Origin: Desulfomonilia bacterium
GTDB lineage: Bacteria; Desulfobacterota; Desulfomonilia; UBA1062
Direction: 5' to 3'
Assembly (NCBI GenBank): GCA_050014195.1
Contig: JBEKDT010000017.1
Coordinates: forward strand, 1-64,000
DNA length: 64,000 bases
Made by a program: the position numbers and the translations under genes. The notes beneath the pieces were generated by a model that ran no database searches, was not told the DNA's origin, and saw only the letters and a program-made list of their open reading frames with translations. Every line of letters begins with the position of its first letter. The first letter of the stretch is position 1. Shown here one piece after another: positions 48,655 through 58,598 of this stretch.

Positions 48655-50175
48655 ATGCGTGTTAAGAATTGGGAAATGAAAGAGCAATCAGATACCGTGG
48701 AGGTATCCGCAGATGTAGACGGCTTTCGCCTGTGGTTCCGATCACCAAAGTCCTATCCAGTTTCAAGAACAGGCGATCCCTTCCTGGCATCCGCGCTTCT
48801 TCCGGCGATGCGCCAAGGAGAGAAGCTTGAGTTTGACCCACGCCTGCCCGTTTCCCCGAAGTTACTGAGAAATGCTTTTGTGCTCCAGGAAATTTTCCAT
48901 TCCTGGAATCCTGAAGAATTGAGAATGATCCCCGTCAGCGCTAAGACATCACCTGCCGAGCCGCTTAATACTGGCGCCATGTCCTTCTTCTCGGGAGGCG
49001 TGGACAGCATGTACACTTTTCTGAAGCGTAAGAATGAGCTCAGCCATGTGGTTAATATATATGGATTCGATTTCTTCTTCAACAGCGGGGATGCCTCGAC
49101 ATTCTCGGTTGCTGACCTCAAAGACTTGGCGCATTTCGCATGGAAGCTGATGTTACCGGTTGGCCCGGTGTCTGCCTACTTAAAGGGCATGCTCTCGAAA
49201 ACAACGCTGCAAACTCTATCAAATTACGTAGATTCGGGCTCAGATCCAGGAGCAGTGGAAACAAGTCTGGTAGAGGATCTTAACAAGATCATCTCCGGGC
49301 AGTTGATCTACGACAGAAAGCGCTTTGCGGGTGTCAACTTGCGGCCGCAAACAAGACATTTTATGTCGCGGGACCTGAAGGGAGAGGACCTGAGCGGCCT
49401 GAACCGGCTTCTTCTGGAGGACGCTTATCCACGTGAAATATCGGGAAAGTATAATGGAGCCTACCAGACGGCCATCGAGCGCAACACCTGCTTCGTTCAA
49501 AGCTTTGGGAAGACCCTCGTCCCTGTCGAGAATAATCATTATGCTTTTGGATATCGCTACAATCTGAGTAGAAATTTAACACAGGGAAGTGCCTTGGCCA
49601 GTGTCGCGCTTCTCCTTGGGTTTCCTCAAGTCTATGTGCCATCTGCTTATACTTACAGGCAGCTATGTCCTTTGGGTTCGCACCCGCTGACGGATGGGCT
49701 ATGGTCGAATGAATGTGTAGAAATCATACACGATGGCTGCGAGGCGGGACGGACAGATAAGCTCAAGATGATATGCGAATGCGAATCAGCTCTTACGAAT
49801 TTAAGGGTCTGCTTCGATAATGTGAATATCAATTGTGGAAAGTGTGCAAAGTGTTTGCGCACAATGATGCCCCTAAAATTGCTTCGTGCCTCTGCCGCCC
49901 CTTTCCCAACTCTTCCTTCCCTCAAAGTAATTCGGAAAAGCCGTATCTCTGATGATATCGAAACGAGCTTCTTCAAGGAGACGGTCGACCTTGCTTTGCA
50001 GACAGGAGACCAAGAAATGCGGTATGCTTTATGCGCATGTATGAAAAGGAATGAACTATTAAAGCTCCTAATAGATCTCGATAAGGTGCTCCTGGGGGGA
50101 TTCATCAAGCGTGCATATCGAAGAATAGTGCCTGGTATAGGGATCCGTCGAATTGATACTACCCCGAGAGATTGA
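48655..50175 (+). CDS. PP-loop (adenine nucleotide alpha-hydrolase-like) protein of polysaccharide clusters, with an apparent inserted domain
   Basis: FFSGGVDS, GSHPLTD, RTDKL, LRVC and NCGKCAKCLRT; about 113 extra aa at 49102-49440. Confidence 0.7.
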   Translation: MRVKNWEMKEQSDTVEVSADVDGFRLWFRSPKSYPVSRTGDPFLASALLPAMRQGEKLEFDPRLPVSPKLLRNAFVLQEIFHSWNPEELRMIPVSAKTSPAEPLNTGAMSFFSGGVDSMYTFLKRKNELSHVVNIYGFDFFFNSGDASTFSVADLKDLAHFAWKLMLPVGPVSAYLKGMLSKTTLQTLSNYVDSGSDPGAVETSLVEDLNKIISGQLIYDRKRFAGVNLRPQTRHFMSRDLKGEDLSGLNRLLLEDAYPREISGKYNGAYQTAIERNTCFVQSFGKTLVPVENNHYAFGYRYNLSRNLTQGSALASVALLLGFPQVYVPSAYTYRQLCPLGSHPLTDGLWSNECVEIIHDGCEAGRTDKLKMICECESALTNLRVCFDNVNINCGKCAKCLRTMMPLKLLRASAAPFPTLPSLKVIRKSRISDDIETSFFKETVDLALQTGDQEMRYALCACMKRNELLKLLIDLDKVLLGGFIKRAYRRIVPGIGIRRIDTTPRD

Positions 50176-50447
50176 GCAGGATTTTCAGCTGGTATGTTGT
50201 TGGCTGCATGGCCTCTGCTTTGCAAAATTGCATGAATGAAGGGGGAGTCCTTCCTGTGATCAATTTGGACTTGATCGCTATGAGCCTACCACCACTTGAG
50301 GCCCTTGAACAATTCCCATTGTGGCAAAACTTGGTTAGGAGCTGATATTCGACAATAATGGCATTTAATCCAATGATATCATTGCATTAAAATTGATATA
50401 TTTTCTCTATCTTGAAATTCATGGGGAGTGCTGGAATGGGATATAAG

Positions 50448-50563
50448 GAAACTTTTGCACAGCTCACCGGTGATTAGACGCAGATTTGGAGCTGATAATC
50501 TGTGATAACAGCAATTATCCAATTGATATTATTAATGATAACTGGTAGTCTTACTTATCATTT
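50448..50563. mobile_element. Partial second copy of the 31388 MITE
   Basis: gaaacttttgcacagctcacc...ttagacgcagatttggagctga...ttgatattattaatgataactggta aligns by eye to 31388-31503. Confidence 0.7.
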
Positions 50564-50574
50564 AATCTCGTTTA

Positions 50575-50657
50575 GGGTTAATTCCCACGCTGCTTGCTGC
50601 GAAGGCATATTCTTTATAAAAAAATTTGAACCCTATAGCTTGCTGCAGGGTAGTTCA
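50575..50657. repeat. GCTTGCTGC-type REP-like doublet
   Basis: gggttaattcccacgctgcttgctgcg ... ccctatagcttgctgcagggtagttca. Confidence 0.6.
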
Positions 50658-50678
50658 AAATGAAACAATTGAGGACTT

Positions 50679-52433
50679 ATGAAAAAATTTACATTTAATC
50701 TGTTTCACGGGCAGAAGCCCTCCAATAATCAGGAATTTATAAAATGTTTCCCTACCTGGTGGTACTATACTGAAGGAATACCTGTAAAAGCAGGTGACTT
50801 AAATGGAAATGCTAAGTGGCTTCTGGCGGGTCGGCTCTTAAATGATCAGGATCCGAGTAAAATTATAGATTATTTTTATAGGCGACGTGATTACGAGTAT
50901 CTATATCAAATTGATGGCCAGTTCATTTTTATTCTGTATTTTGAGAATGATGGAAGCGTTGAGATATATCGCGACCGTATTGGTACATTCCCAATTGCAT
51001 ATGCACAAGGTCGAAATGGTATTGCCATATCTGTAGATATTAATGACGTAAAGGATATGACCGGTATAGTTCCTTCACCATCAACCGGTATCTTTGAACA
51101 ATGGCCATTATATCGCAAAACATTTGCACCGGTTTCACCATTTTATGAAATTCATACCCTTGCCCCGGAGCATTCTTTACGTATCACAGGCTCTTCTTTT
51201 AATGAGATCAGTCACCCCATGTGTTTCCCTACTGAAGAAGAATATCCTGATATGAATATATCGAGCCAGGTCTTAGGTGACGTACTTTCACGATCGATCC
51301 AGAAGAGAATTGAGATTTCAAAGAGAATGGGGGTCTTTCTCAGCGGGGGGAATGATTCCAGTTTGATTGTGGCAATTGTTAGAAAGTTCTATTTAAAAAA
51401 ACTGAGAACACTCTTTGTCACATTTGAAGATAACCCTAGGGATTATGGTCATCATGCCCAGGAGGTAGCCGACAGGTTCGGCACCGATCATTCTTCTGTC
51501 ACATTGAGCCCGAGAGACTATGTTGGAGTCTGGGCAGACACGATTAAAGTGCTGCAAACGCCTGTTCCTATGCCGTGTCATATAGGGATTCATCATGCCT
51601 TAAAAATGCTTTCAGGTGATGTTGATTTGATGATTGATGGCGATGGTGCTGATACGGTTTTTGGAAGCTCAATATGGCCAGAGATGATATTTTTATCACG
51701 TATTAATAGATTTATCCCAACATACCTGAAAGATGGTATCGGAAGATTGGCACATTCAATGTCTTGTAATACGACCATAGTGCGAATAGCGGAGATGATT
51801 AAGACGGCCCTTAATTCTTCTCTCTATGAATACCCCCATGTAAATGCAGCAATGATTTCTGAAAGTGAATTCAATCAGATCTTTCTAAGAGGTGACTGGC
51901 AACAGGCAGTTCATTTCAGACAAGGCTTCGCAAGGGGTGATTTCTATAAAGGATTGTTTTCTTATCTTATGTTGCATGGTATACCGGAAGATCTCGCCAC
52001 CACTGTCCGCTTGGGTTTGTCGCAGGGCATTTTCTTTGCGTATCCTTTCTTGGATTATGGTTTATTGCAGGCATCAATGCGATTGCCCAATAAACATCGG
52101 TATCATTACCGCATCCGTAAGGCGCCTTTGAAAAAATATTCTTTGAATTATTTCGACAAGGATTTCGTATATAAACCAAAGGAAGGTTTCGGTGTTCCTC
52201 TTGCTTCATGGTTCACGAAGAAAGAATTTGAGCCTTTCCTGATGCTGCCTCTCGAAGAGCGCAGCTTAAAACGTGGGTGGTGGAAGGAACTCGAGTTAAA
52301 GAGGATAATAGATTTGCACCGGAGGGGAGAGGGCAATGACAGTTCAGCAGAGGCTATACCATGGATTGTAATCAATTTGGAATTATGGGCTCGTATATGT
52401 ATCGATGGGGATTCTCCGAGTCAGTATAAATAA
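50679..52433 (+). CDS. Asparagine synthetase (AsnB)-like amide ligase with degenerate glutaminase domain
   Basis: LSGGNDSS, GDGADTVFG, YPFLD and KPKEGFGVPL; no N-terminal Cys. Confidence 0.85.
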   Translation: MKKFTFNLFHGQKPSNNQEFIKCFPTWWYYTEGIPVKAGDLNGNAKWLLAGRLLNDQDPSKIIDYFYRRRDYEYLYQIDGQFIFILYFENDGSVEIYRDRIGTFPIAYAQGRNGIAISVDINDVKDMTGIVPSPSTGIFEQWPLYRKTFAPVSPFYEIHTLAPEHSLRITGSSFNEISHPMCFPTEEEYPDMNISSQVLGDVLSRSIQKRIEISKRMGVFLSGGNDSSLIVAIVRKFYLKKLRTLFVTFEDNPRDYGHHAQEVADRFGTDHSSVTLSPRDYVGVWADTIKVLQTPVPMPCHIGIHHALKMLSGDVDLMIDGDGADTVFGSSIWPEMIFLSRINRFIPTYLKDGIGRLAHSMSCNTTIVRIAEMIKTALNSSLYEYPHVNAAMISESEFNQIFLRGDWQQAVHFRQGFARGDFYKGLFSYLMLHGIPEDLATTVRLGLSQGIFFAYPFLDYGLLQASMRLPNKHRYHYRIRKAPLKKYSLNYFDKDFVYKPKEGFGVPLASWFTKKEFEPFLMLPLEERSLKRGWWKELELKRIIDLHRRGEGNDSSAEAIPWIVINLELWARICIDGDSPSQYK

Positions 52434-52500
52434 AATATGGAAGATAATTATAAAAAATCTTAAGTAGATACAAGGACTGCTTCTAGAAAAGGTAGATAAA

Positions 52501-53637
52501 ATGAAGATTGGTATTATACGAACTTCGCATAAGGAAAATGAACGTCGTGTCCCGATATATCCGGAACACTTACCATGGATTGACCTTGAGTTGAGGAAAC
52601 ATCTTGTTTTCGAGAGTAATTATGGGCAGGATTATGGCTTTTCAGATGAATATTTTATTCGACATCAATCAAGTTTGTCTGACCGCCAGGGACTATTTAA
52701 GACATGTGATATGTTAATTCTACCGAAACCTATTCTTCAAGATTATGAACAGATGAAGGAATTTCAGACAATATGGGGATGGCATCATTGTGTCCAGGGT
52801 AGGAAAATTTCCCAGGCAGCAATTGATCGAAAATTGACTTTGATTGCCTGGGAGGCCATGCACCAATGGAGTAAAGGCGGAGAACGCCTTATGCACTCTT
52901 TTTATAAAAACAATGAAATAGCTGGTTACTCTGCTGTTCTACACGTCTTGGAGTTGCTGGGTGTTGATGGGCACTATGGACCGAGGAAAAATGTTATTAT
53001 TATTGGATACGGTTCAGTCAGTCGCGGAGCAATCTATGCTCTTCAGGGAAGAGGATACAATAATATTCATGTCTATACCCGACGCCCAGTACATTTAGTA
53101 GCAGATCAGAATCCCGATGTGTATTATCATCATCTAGAAGTTGCACCAAATGGTCAGATGTTTGGGGTCCATAATGATAGATCAAGACGTCCTTTCGTTG
53201 AAGAACTTGCTGAAGCAGATATTATCTGCAATGGTATTCTTCAGGATACAGATAATCCTCTGATATTTGTAGATGAAAAAAATATTGATCTTCTAAAACC
53301 TCGGTCTGTAATTATTGATATCAGTTGCGATGAGGGTATGGGCTTTTCTTTTGCACGTCCAACGACATTTAAAGACCCCATTTTTTCAGTAGGACAAAAT
53401 ATCACTTACTATTCCGTTGACCATATTCCATCTTATCTTTGGAATGCGGCCTCAAGGGAAATTTCAAGAGTTGTGCTATCTTTTCTGCCGATTTTAGCCG
53501 GGGGAATTCAATCCTGGTGTGAATGTGAGACTGTTAAAAAAGCCATTGAGATACGTAATGGCGTTATACAAAACCCCAAAATACTGTCATTTCAGAATCG
53601 ACAAGAGGAATATCCACACCTAGAAGTAATTACATAA
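52501..53637 (+). CDS. N5-(carboxyethyl)ornithine synthase-like protein (AlaDH/PNT family opine synthase)
   Basis: SHKENERRVPIYP, WGWHHCVQ, NNEIAGY, IGYGSVSRGA, DISCDEGMGF and VDHIPS. Confidence 0.8.
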   Translation: MKIGIIRTSHKENERRVPIYPEHLPWIDLELRKHLVFESNYGQDYGFSDEYFIRHQSSLSDRQGLFKTCDMLILPKPILQDYEQMKEFQTIWGWHHCVQGRKISQAAIDRKLTLIAWEAMHQWSKGGERLMHSFYKNNEIAGYSAVLHVLELLGVDGHYGPRKNVIIIGYGSVSRGAIYALQGRGYNNIHVYTRRPVHLVADQNPDVYYHHLEVAPNGQMFGVHNDRSRRPFVEELAEADIICNGILQDTDNPLIFVDEKNIDLLKPRSVIIDISCDEGMGFSFARPTTFKDPIFSVGQNITYYSVDHIPSYLWNAASREISRVVLSFLPILAGGIQSWCECETVKKAIEIRNGVIQNPKILSFQNRQEEYPHLEVIT

Positions 53638-53748
53638 TAATGTGTTAACATCCCCAATAATAACCATATTTGATGCTATTGGGTGTCTCGCTGAAGACCA
53701 TTCTTTTGCATCATACAAAATAGGGAATTAAGCAGTAGCCAAAGATAT

Positions 53749-55086
53749 ATGCATCCATTCATAGCCAAACATCTCATTTATTATCCAATCCAGCTCCTTA
53801 GGGGCCAGATAGTCAGAAGATATAAACACCGGGTTATCTCCTGCCAAATTGCACCTACCAAAGTGATTTATGAAATCCGTGATAAGAAGATATGTGACCT
53901 GATCAAGTATGCCTATAACTATATTCCCTACTATCGTGAAAAATTTGATGAGCGAGATATTAATCCAGACCGGATCAAAGGATTTAATGATCTGTCATGT
54001 CTTCCAATACTGTCTAAGCTTGATATTTTGACTAATGAACATAATCTCATTTCACACAATTGTAGCCAAAAACTGTATACCAGAAAAACCAGCGGATCGA
54101 CCGGAATGACCCTCCACTTTCAGAAAGAGGCCAGGGCACTGGCGCTCAATGATGCCGTCATGTACCGCTGCTATGCATGGTATGGTATCGATATCGGGGA
54201 TAAACAAGTTAGGTTCTGGGGGGTGCCGGTAGACCCCGCTCTGAGACGAAGGGAAAAGGTCAAAGACTTCATCCTAAACAGGATCAGGATCTCGGCTTTC
54301 GATATCTCCGAGCAATCCTGTCTGGCGCAGTACCAGAGAATAAAGCGGTTTAGGCCGGCATATTTTTACGGTTATACTACCGCCATCTACGGTTTCTGCT
54401 CCTTTGCACAGAAGCTCGGCCTTGACCTTAATACACTTGGTCTGAGGGCCGTCATCTGCACTGCTGAGAAGATGTACCCGCATCATCAGGATCTTTTCGA
54501 TAAGGTGTTCAAATGCCCTGTGGTTGATGAATACGGTTCCAGCGAGAACGGCATCATCGCCTTCCAGTGTAAAGAGGGGAGCATGCATGTGATGGCGGAT
54601 CATCTGGCCGTTGAATTTGTAGATGAAGCCGGGCAGAGGGTTAAACCCGGCGAGCTTGGAAGGATTGTTATAACGGATCTCAATGGATACGCCATGCCCC
54701 TTATACGGTATGAGATAGGCGATATGGGAAGGTATACGGAACAAGCATGTTCATGTGGAGTAACTTTGCCGGTGATGGACATCATTGAAGGGCGCAAAGA
54801 GGATTTCATCCGGACCCGGGAAGGAAAGCTCATCCATGCGGCCTACCTCTGTTATACCCTGAAGGATGACGCCGTCCATGAATTCAAAATGTATCAGAAG
54901 GATCTCAACAGGTTTCTTGTCCAGATAGTCAAATCGAATAAGTTTAATGCAGACTCCCAGAAGAAGCTCGAACATAAACTCAGGACAGCCCTGGGGGATA
55001 GCGTAGTTTTTGAGTTCCAGTTTCTGGAAAGGATTCCGAGAGAGGCATCAGGCAAGCTCAGATATTTCATCTCTGAAATCCGGTAA
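53749..55086 (+). CDS. Phenylacetate-CoA ligase family adenylate-forming protein (CapK-like)
   Basis: KTSGSTG, EYGSSENG, MPLIRYEIGD, GRKED and SGKLR. Confidence 0.88.
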   Translation: MHPFIAKHLIYYPIQLLRGQIVRRYKHRVISCQIAPTKVIYEIRDKKICDLIKYAYNYIPYYREKFDERDINPDRIKGFNDLSCLPILSKLDILTNEHNLISHNCSQKLYTRKTSGSTGMTLHFQKEARALALNDAVMYRCYAWYGIDIGDKQVRFWGVPVDPALRRREKVKDFILNRIRISAFDISEQSCLAQYQRIKRFRPAYFYGYTTAIYGFCSFAQKLGLDLNTLGLRAVICTAEKMYPHHQDLFDKVFKCPVVDEYGSSENGIIAFQCKEGSMHVMADHLAVEFVDEAGQRVKPGELGRIVITDLNGYAMPLIRYEIGDMGRYTEQACSCGVTLPVMDIIEGRKEDFIRTREGKLIHAAYLCYTLKDDAVHEFKMYQKDLNRFLVQIVKSNKFNADSQKKLEHKLRTALGDSVVFEFQFLERIPREASGKLRYFISEIR

Positions 55087-55202
55087 CGATTACAGAGAAT
55101 AATCCAGCAGGCAAAAGGCATAACCTGATAATCATATAAAAAGCTCAACAAGGCCATTGCGGATGACGTTCAAGAAGGAAAAAAGAGGAGCAGGGAACCG
55201 CG

Positions 55203-55472
55203 ATGGAATTGTATGCCGGATTGGATCTGCATTCACAGTACACCTACATTGGAGTGCTTGAGAAAGGGAGTATGAGGAAGGTGTTTCAGATGAGGGTATC
55301 GAATGAACTGCAGAGGATTATCTCTGCACTGGAGCCATTCAGAAATGAGCTCCAAGGTATTGCGATAGAGAGTACTTTCAATTGTTACTGGCTTGTGGAT
55401 GGGCTTATGGGTAGAGGGCAAAAGGGGAAAATCGGGCAGCAGATACAGCTCGAATTCATGGTGTTTGAATGA
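55203..55472 (+). mobile_element. IS110-family transposase N-terminal remnant
   Basis: LYAGLDLHS...IAIESTFNCYWLVDGLM, then similarity is lost. Confidence 0.8.
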
Positions 55473-55688
55473 AGAATGAACCTAAATCACCAGATCCGAT
55501 CCTGACCTGGAAATATGCAAAGGTCTCGTATGGAGTGTGGGAATACCACCGGAAAGAGCAGATAATGGAGGAAATAGGCAGTAAACTAAGCTTTATTTCT
55601 TGAGATTTTCATGAAAAAAGCACCAATCAGTTTCCTCCGATTCCTTTCTTGTCCTTGTGCAAAGGTCTCTGTATGGAGAACATCTCAA

Positions 55689-56783
55689 ATGGACAGTGAA
55701 ATTTATGATAGATATTCAATCGAAGTGGATAGCATAGGAGCAGAAGAATGGAACACTGTGCTCAGAGTATTCTCTGATGCGTCTATATTTCAAACATATG
55801 AGTATGGGGTCGAAAATTGGGGAAAGAACCATCTTAGTCATATAGTATTAAGAAAGGATAATGATATAGTGGCTGCTTCCCAAGTCTGGGTGGTAGAACT
55901 CCCGATTTTAAAATGTGGTTTTGCCCATATTCCGTGGGGCCCCATGTGGAAATGCAAAAATCGAGAAAGAGATGTACAGACTGTTAGAATGATGCTTAGA
56001 GCGCTAAGAGATGAGTATGTGGAAAAGAGAGGACTTCTGCTGAGGTTAAGGGGTTACTCGGTATCGGGTACGGATGAAGGCAATGAAGTTATTCAACAGT
56101 TGAGCGAAGAAGGATTTACGTTCCAAAAGAGGGAAGCCGCATATCGTACGTATCGAATTAATCTGACCAAGAGTTTGGAAGAACTGCGTACTAAGTTTAA
56201 AGGAAACTGGCGGAGAGATTTAATCAAGGCAGAGAGACAAGATCTAGAGATAGAAATAGGGAATAGTGTTTCCATGTTAGTGGTATTTTCAGAGATATAT
56301 AAAGATATGGTTAGGAGAAAAGGCTTTAAAGAGTATGTTGCAGACATGAACAAATACATCGAAATGCAGAGAAGGTATCGGGATGATTTGAAGATGAATA
56401 TCTTTTTATGTAAGCATGAGGGAACTTATGTAGCTGGCGCTGTTGTTCCGGCAATAGGTGATACGGGGATGTATTTATTAGGGGCAACGAGTACTATATG
56501 TTTTGAAAAGAAATTACTTGCTTCTCACCTGATCCAGTGGCGAGTTCTCAGTTGCTTGAAATCAAATGGATTCCGATACTATGACTTACGTGGAGGGATC
56601 GATGGTGACATGGAGGGAGTTAGGCATTTCAAAAGCGGTCTTTCTGGGGAGGAGATTCACTACATAGGTTCGTATGAGTGTTCTCATAGAGTGTTAAGTG
56701 AGGTTGCCGTACGTACTGGTGAACATATTCAAAGAATGAAAGCCGGTCTACAAAATTTTGTGTGGAAGTTAGCAAGTAAATAA
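55689..56783 (+). CDS. FemAB/GNAT family peptidyl/acyltransferase
   Basis: SIFQTYEYG, GPMW, WRRDLIKAER, YDLRGG and GVRHFKSG; start at ATG 55689 after GGAG. Confidence 0.82.
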   Translation: MDSEIYDRYSIEVDSIGAEEWNTVLRVFSDASIFQTYEYGVENWGKNHLSHIVLRKDNDIVAASQVWVVELPILKCGFAHIPWGPMWKCKNRERDVQTVRMMLRALRDEYVEKRGLLLRLRGYSVSGTDEGNEVIQQLSEEGFTFQKREAAYRTYRINLTKSLEELRTKFKGNWRRDLIKAERQDLEIEIGNSVSMLVVFSEIYKDMVRRKGFKEYVADMNKYIEMQRRYRDDLKMNIFLCKHEGTYVAGAVVPAIGDTGMYLLGATSTICFEKKLLASHLIQWRVLSCLKSNGFRYYDLRGGIDGDMEGVRHFKSGLSGEEIHYIGSYECSHRVLSEVAVRTGEHIQRMKAGLQNFVWKLASK

Positions 56784-56874
56784 GCAGATCTTTGAAGTCA
56801 ATAGCTCTGATAGTGGCCTGGCAATGTCGCTTTCCTGGAAATAATCGTACTATTCGAGAGGATAAGTTAAACCT

Positions 56875-58578
56875 ATGAAAGGGCGTATTACATTCGGTTA
56901 CCCCGATGATACGAAAGATGTTATTGTTCGCCTTCAGGGAGAGATATGGTCGATCCAAGGACAGTCAACTCAGGGCATGGATATTCTTGAGCGGATTAAA
57001 ATTGAATACTTGAATAAAGGAGTTGCTCTATTTGAAAAATTAGATGGATCATTTTCTCTTGTCATCGAAGATCATCAAAAAATGAAACTCTTTCTTGTAC
57101 GAGACAAGCTCGGCACTATTCCTCTGTATCACGCAAAAAAAAGATGTACATTTACCTGGGGCAATCTCATAAGTGATATCCTTTCTGACCTGGAAATTGA
57201 AACGTCAGCCAATCATGATGTAATTCATGAATACTTAGTGTTTCGTTATGTTAGCGGGAGGAATACTCTTTTTCAAGGAATTCATGAGCTTTTACCGGCA
57301 CATTATCTAGAGGTTGACCTTAGAAAAGGAGAAGTAGAGGAAAAGCAGTATTGGGATATTCCTTATCCCTGTAAATCTGAAATGATTAAAGATAATGATG
57401 AAACCTGTGTCGATAAAATAGAAGAGATTCTAATACGTATTCTCAAAAGAACTTTAAGTAAGAATTGTCGCTATGGAATCATGTTGAGCGGTGGGCTTGA
57501 TTCAAGCCTGATAGCAGCTCTTGCGTCAAAACATGTTAATCATGGTTTCCCAACATTCTTTATAGGATTTACAGATTATGAGAGTGATCGCTCTCATGAT
57601 GCCCAAATGGTAGCAGAAACATATCATATGATCCATTCAAATTTCTATGTTAACTCAAAACAGTATGCTGAAGGTCTTATAGAAGCAATCAGAACCAACG
57701 AGGAACCACTTAACCATCCCGGTCATGTAGGAAGGGTTCTTTTCGATTCTCATACAAAAGATAAAGTTGATGCTCTCCTTATGGGAGAAGGAGTCGATAC
57801 AATGTTTTGTGGGGCAAAGGCTTACCCACTTCTTAAATATGGTTATATGTTCAATCCATTCAGGAAATTAACTAGGAGAATATTTTCATTGATAGACCCA
57901 GAAATAATTCCCGACTCACATAAGCGGTACTACACAAAGATAAGAGATGCATTTGTCATGAATGCTGATGAGTATATGATCCGAACTTTTGCAGCGGCAG
58001 AATTTCAAGAGGCAAGTGATCTATTGGAGCTTGAGGCTGATATGAGCTATCTTAACTATTATAAAAGCTTTATATCTGAATGTACGAGAGAAAATGTTCT
58101 TGAGAAATACCTTATGCTCAATCAGCACACATTTATAGTTGAAGTACTGAATTCTGATGCAAAGTATAGAGAATTAAACCAAATAATTAATTATTATCCA
58201 TTCCTGGATGTCGAATTACTATCGTTTTCAAATCACATTCCATTTAAAATACGGACCAAGGGGTTCACGGGAAAATATCTCATCAAGAAACTCGCTGAGA
58301 GATATTTTTCCAAGCATTTCATATATCAGCAAAAAGAGGGCTTTGGTGTGCCTTTGAAGACCTACTTCCAGGATCCAGAGAGTATGGGGAGATATTTTGA
58401 CCTCCTTTTGGAGAAGAGGACAATGGAAAGAGGAATTTTTAAAAGGAGAGAACTCTCTAATTTTGTTGAAGGATTTCGGAAAGGCGAAATGCCTTCTGAG
58501 AGTTATGAGTCTTTGCTCTGGACTGCAATTAACCTTGAGTTATGGTACAGGATTTTTATCGATAGGAATGGTGTATGA
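56875..58578 (+). CDS. Second AsnB-like amide ligase lacking the glutaminase N-terminus
   Basis: RDKLGTIPLY, LSGGLDSS, GEGVDTMF, YPFLD and KEGFGVPL; an in-frame stop at 56863-56865 rules out an upstream Cys start. Confidence 0.85.
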   Translation: MKGRITFGYPDDTKDVIVRLQGEIWSIQGQSTQGMDILERIKIEYLNKGVALFEKLDGSFSLVIEDHQKMKLFLVRDKLGTIPLYHAKKRCTFTWGNLISDILSDLEIETSANHDVIHEYLVFRYVSGRNTLFQGIHELLPAHYLEVDLRKGEVEEKQYWDIPYPCKSEMIKDNDETCVDKIEEILIRILKRTLSKNCRYGIMLSGGLDSSLIAALASKHVNHGFPTFFIGFTDYESDRSHDAQMVAETYHMIHSNFYVNSKQYAEGLIEAIRTNEEPLNHPGHVGRVLFDSHTKDKVDALLMGEGVDTMFCGAKAYPLLKYGYMFNPFRKLTRRIFSLIDPEIIPDSHKRYYTKIRDAFVMNADEYMIRTFAAAEFQEASDLLELEADMSYLNYYKSFISECTRENVLEKYLMLNQHTFIVEVLNSDAKYRELNQIINYYPFLDVELLSFSNHIPFKIRTKGFTGKYLIKKLAERYFSKHFIYQQKEGFGVPLKTYFQDPESMGRYFDLLLEKRTMERGIFKRRELSNFVEGFRKGEMPSESYESLLWTAINLELWYRIFIDRNGV

Positions 58579-58598
58579 CCAAGGTTAATGGAGGTTGA

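Noticed and set aside
49102-49440. Insert interpreted as an intein
   Set aside because: No Cys/Ser block A, no terminal His-Asn and no LAGLIDADG motif.
50679-58578. AsnB-like genes as lasso peptide cyclases
   Set aside because: No B1/B2 (PqqD or transglutaminase-like) genes or precursor ORF were seen; the context is polysaccharide synthesis.
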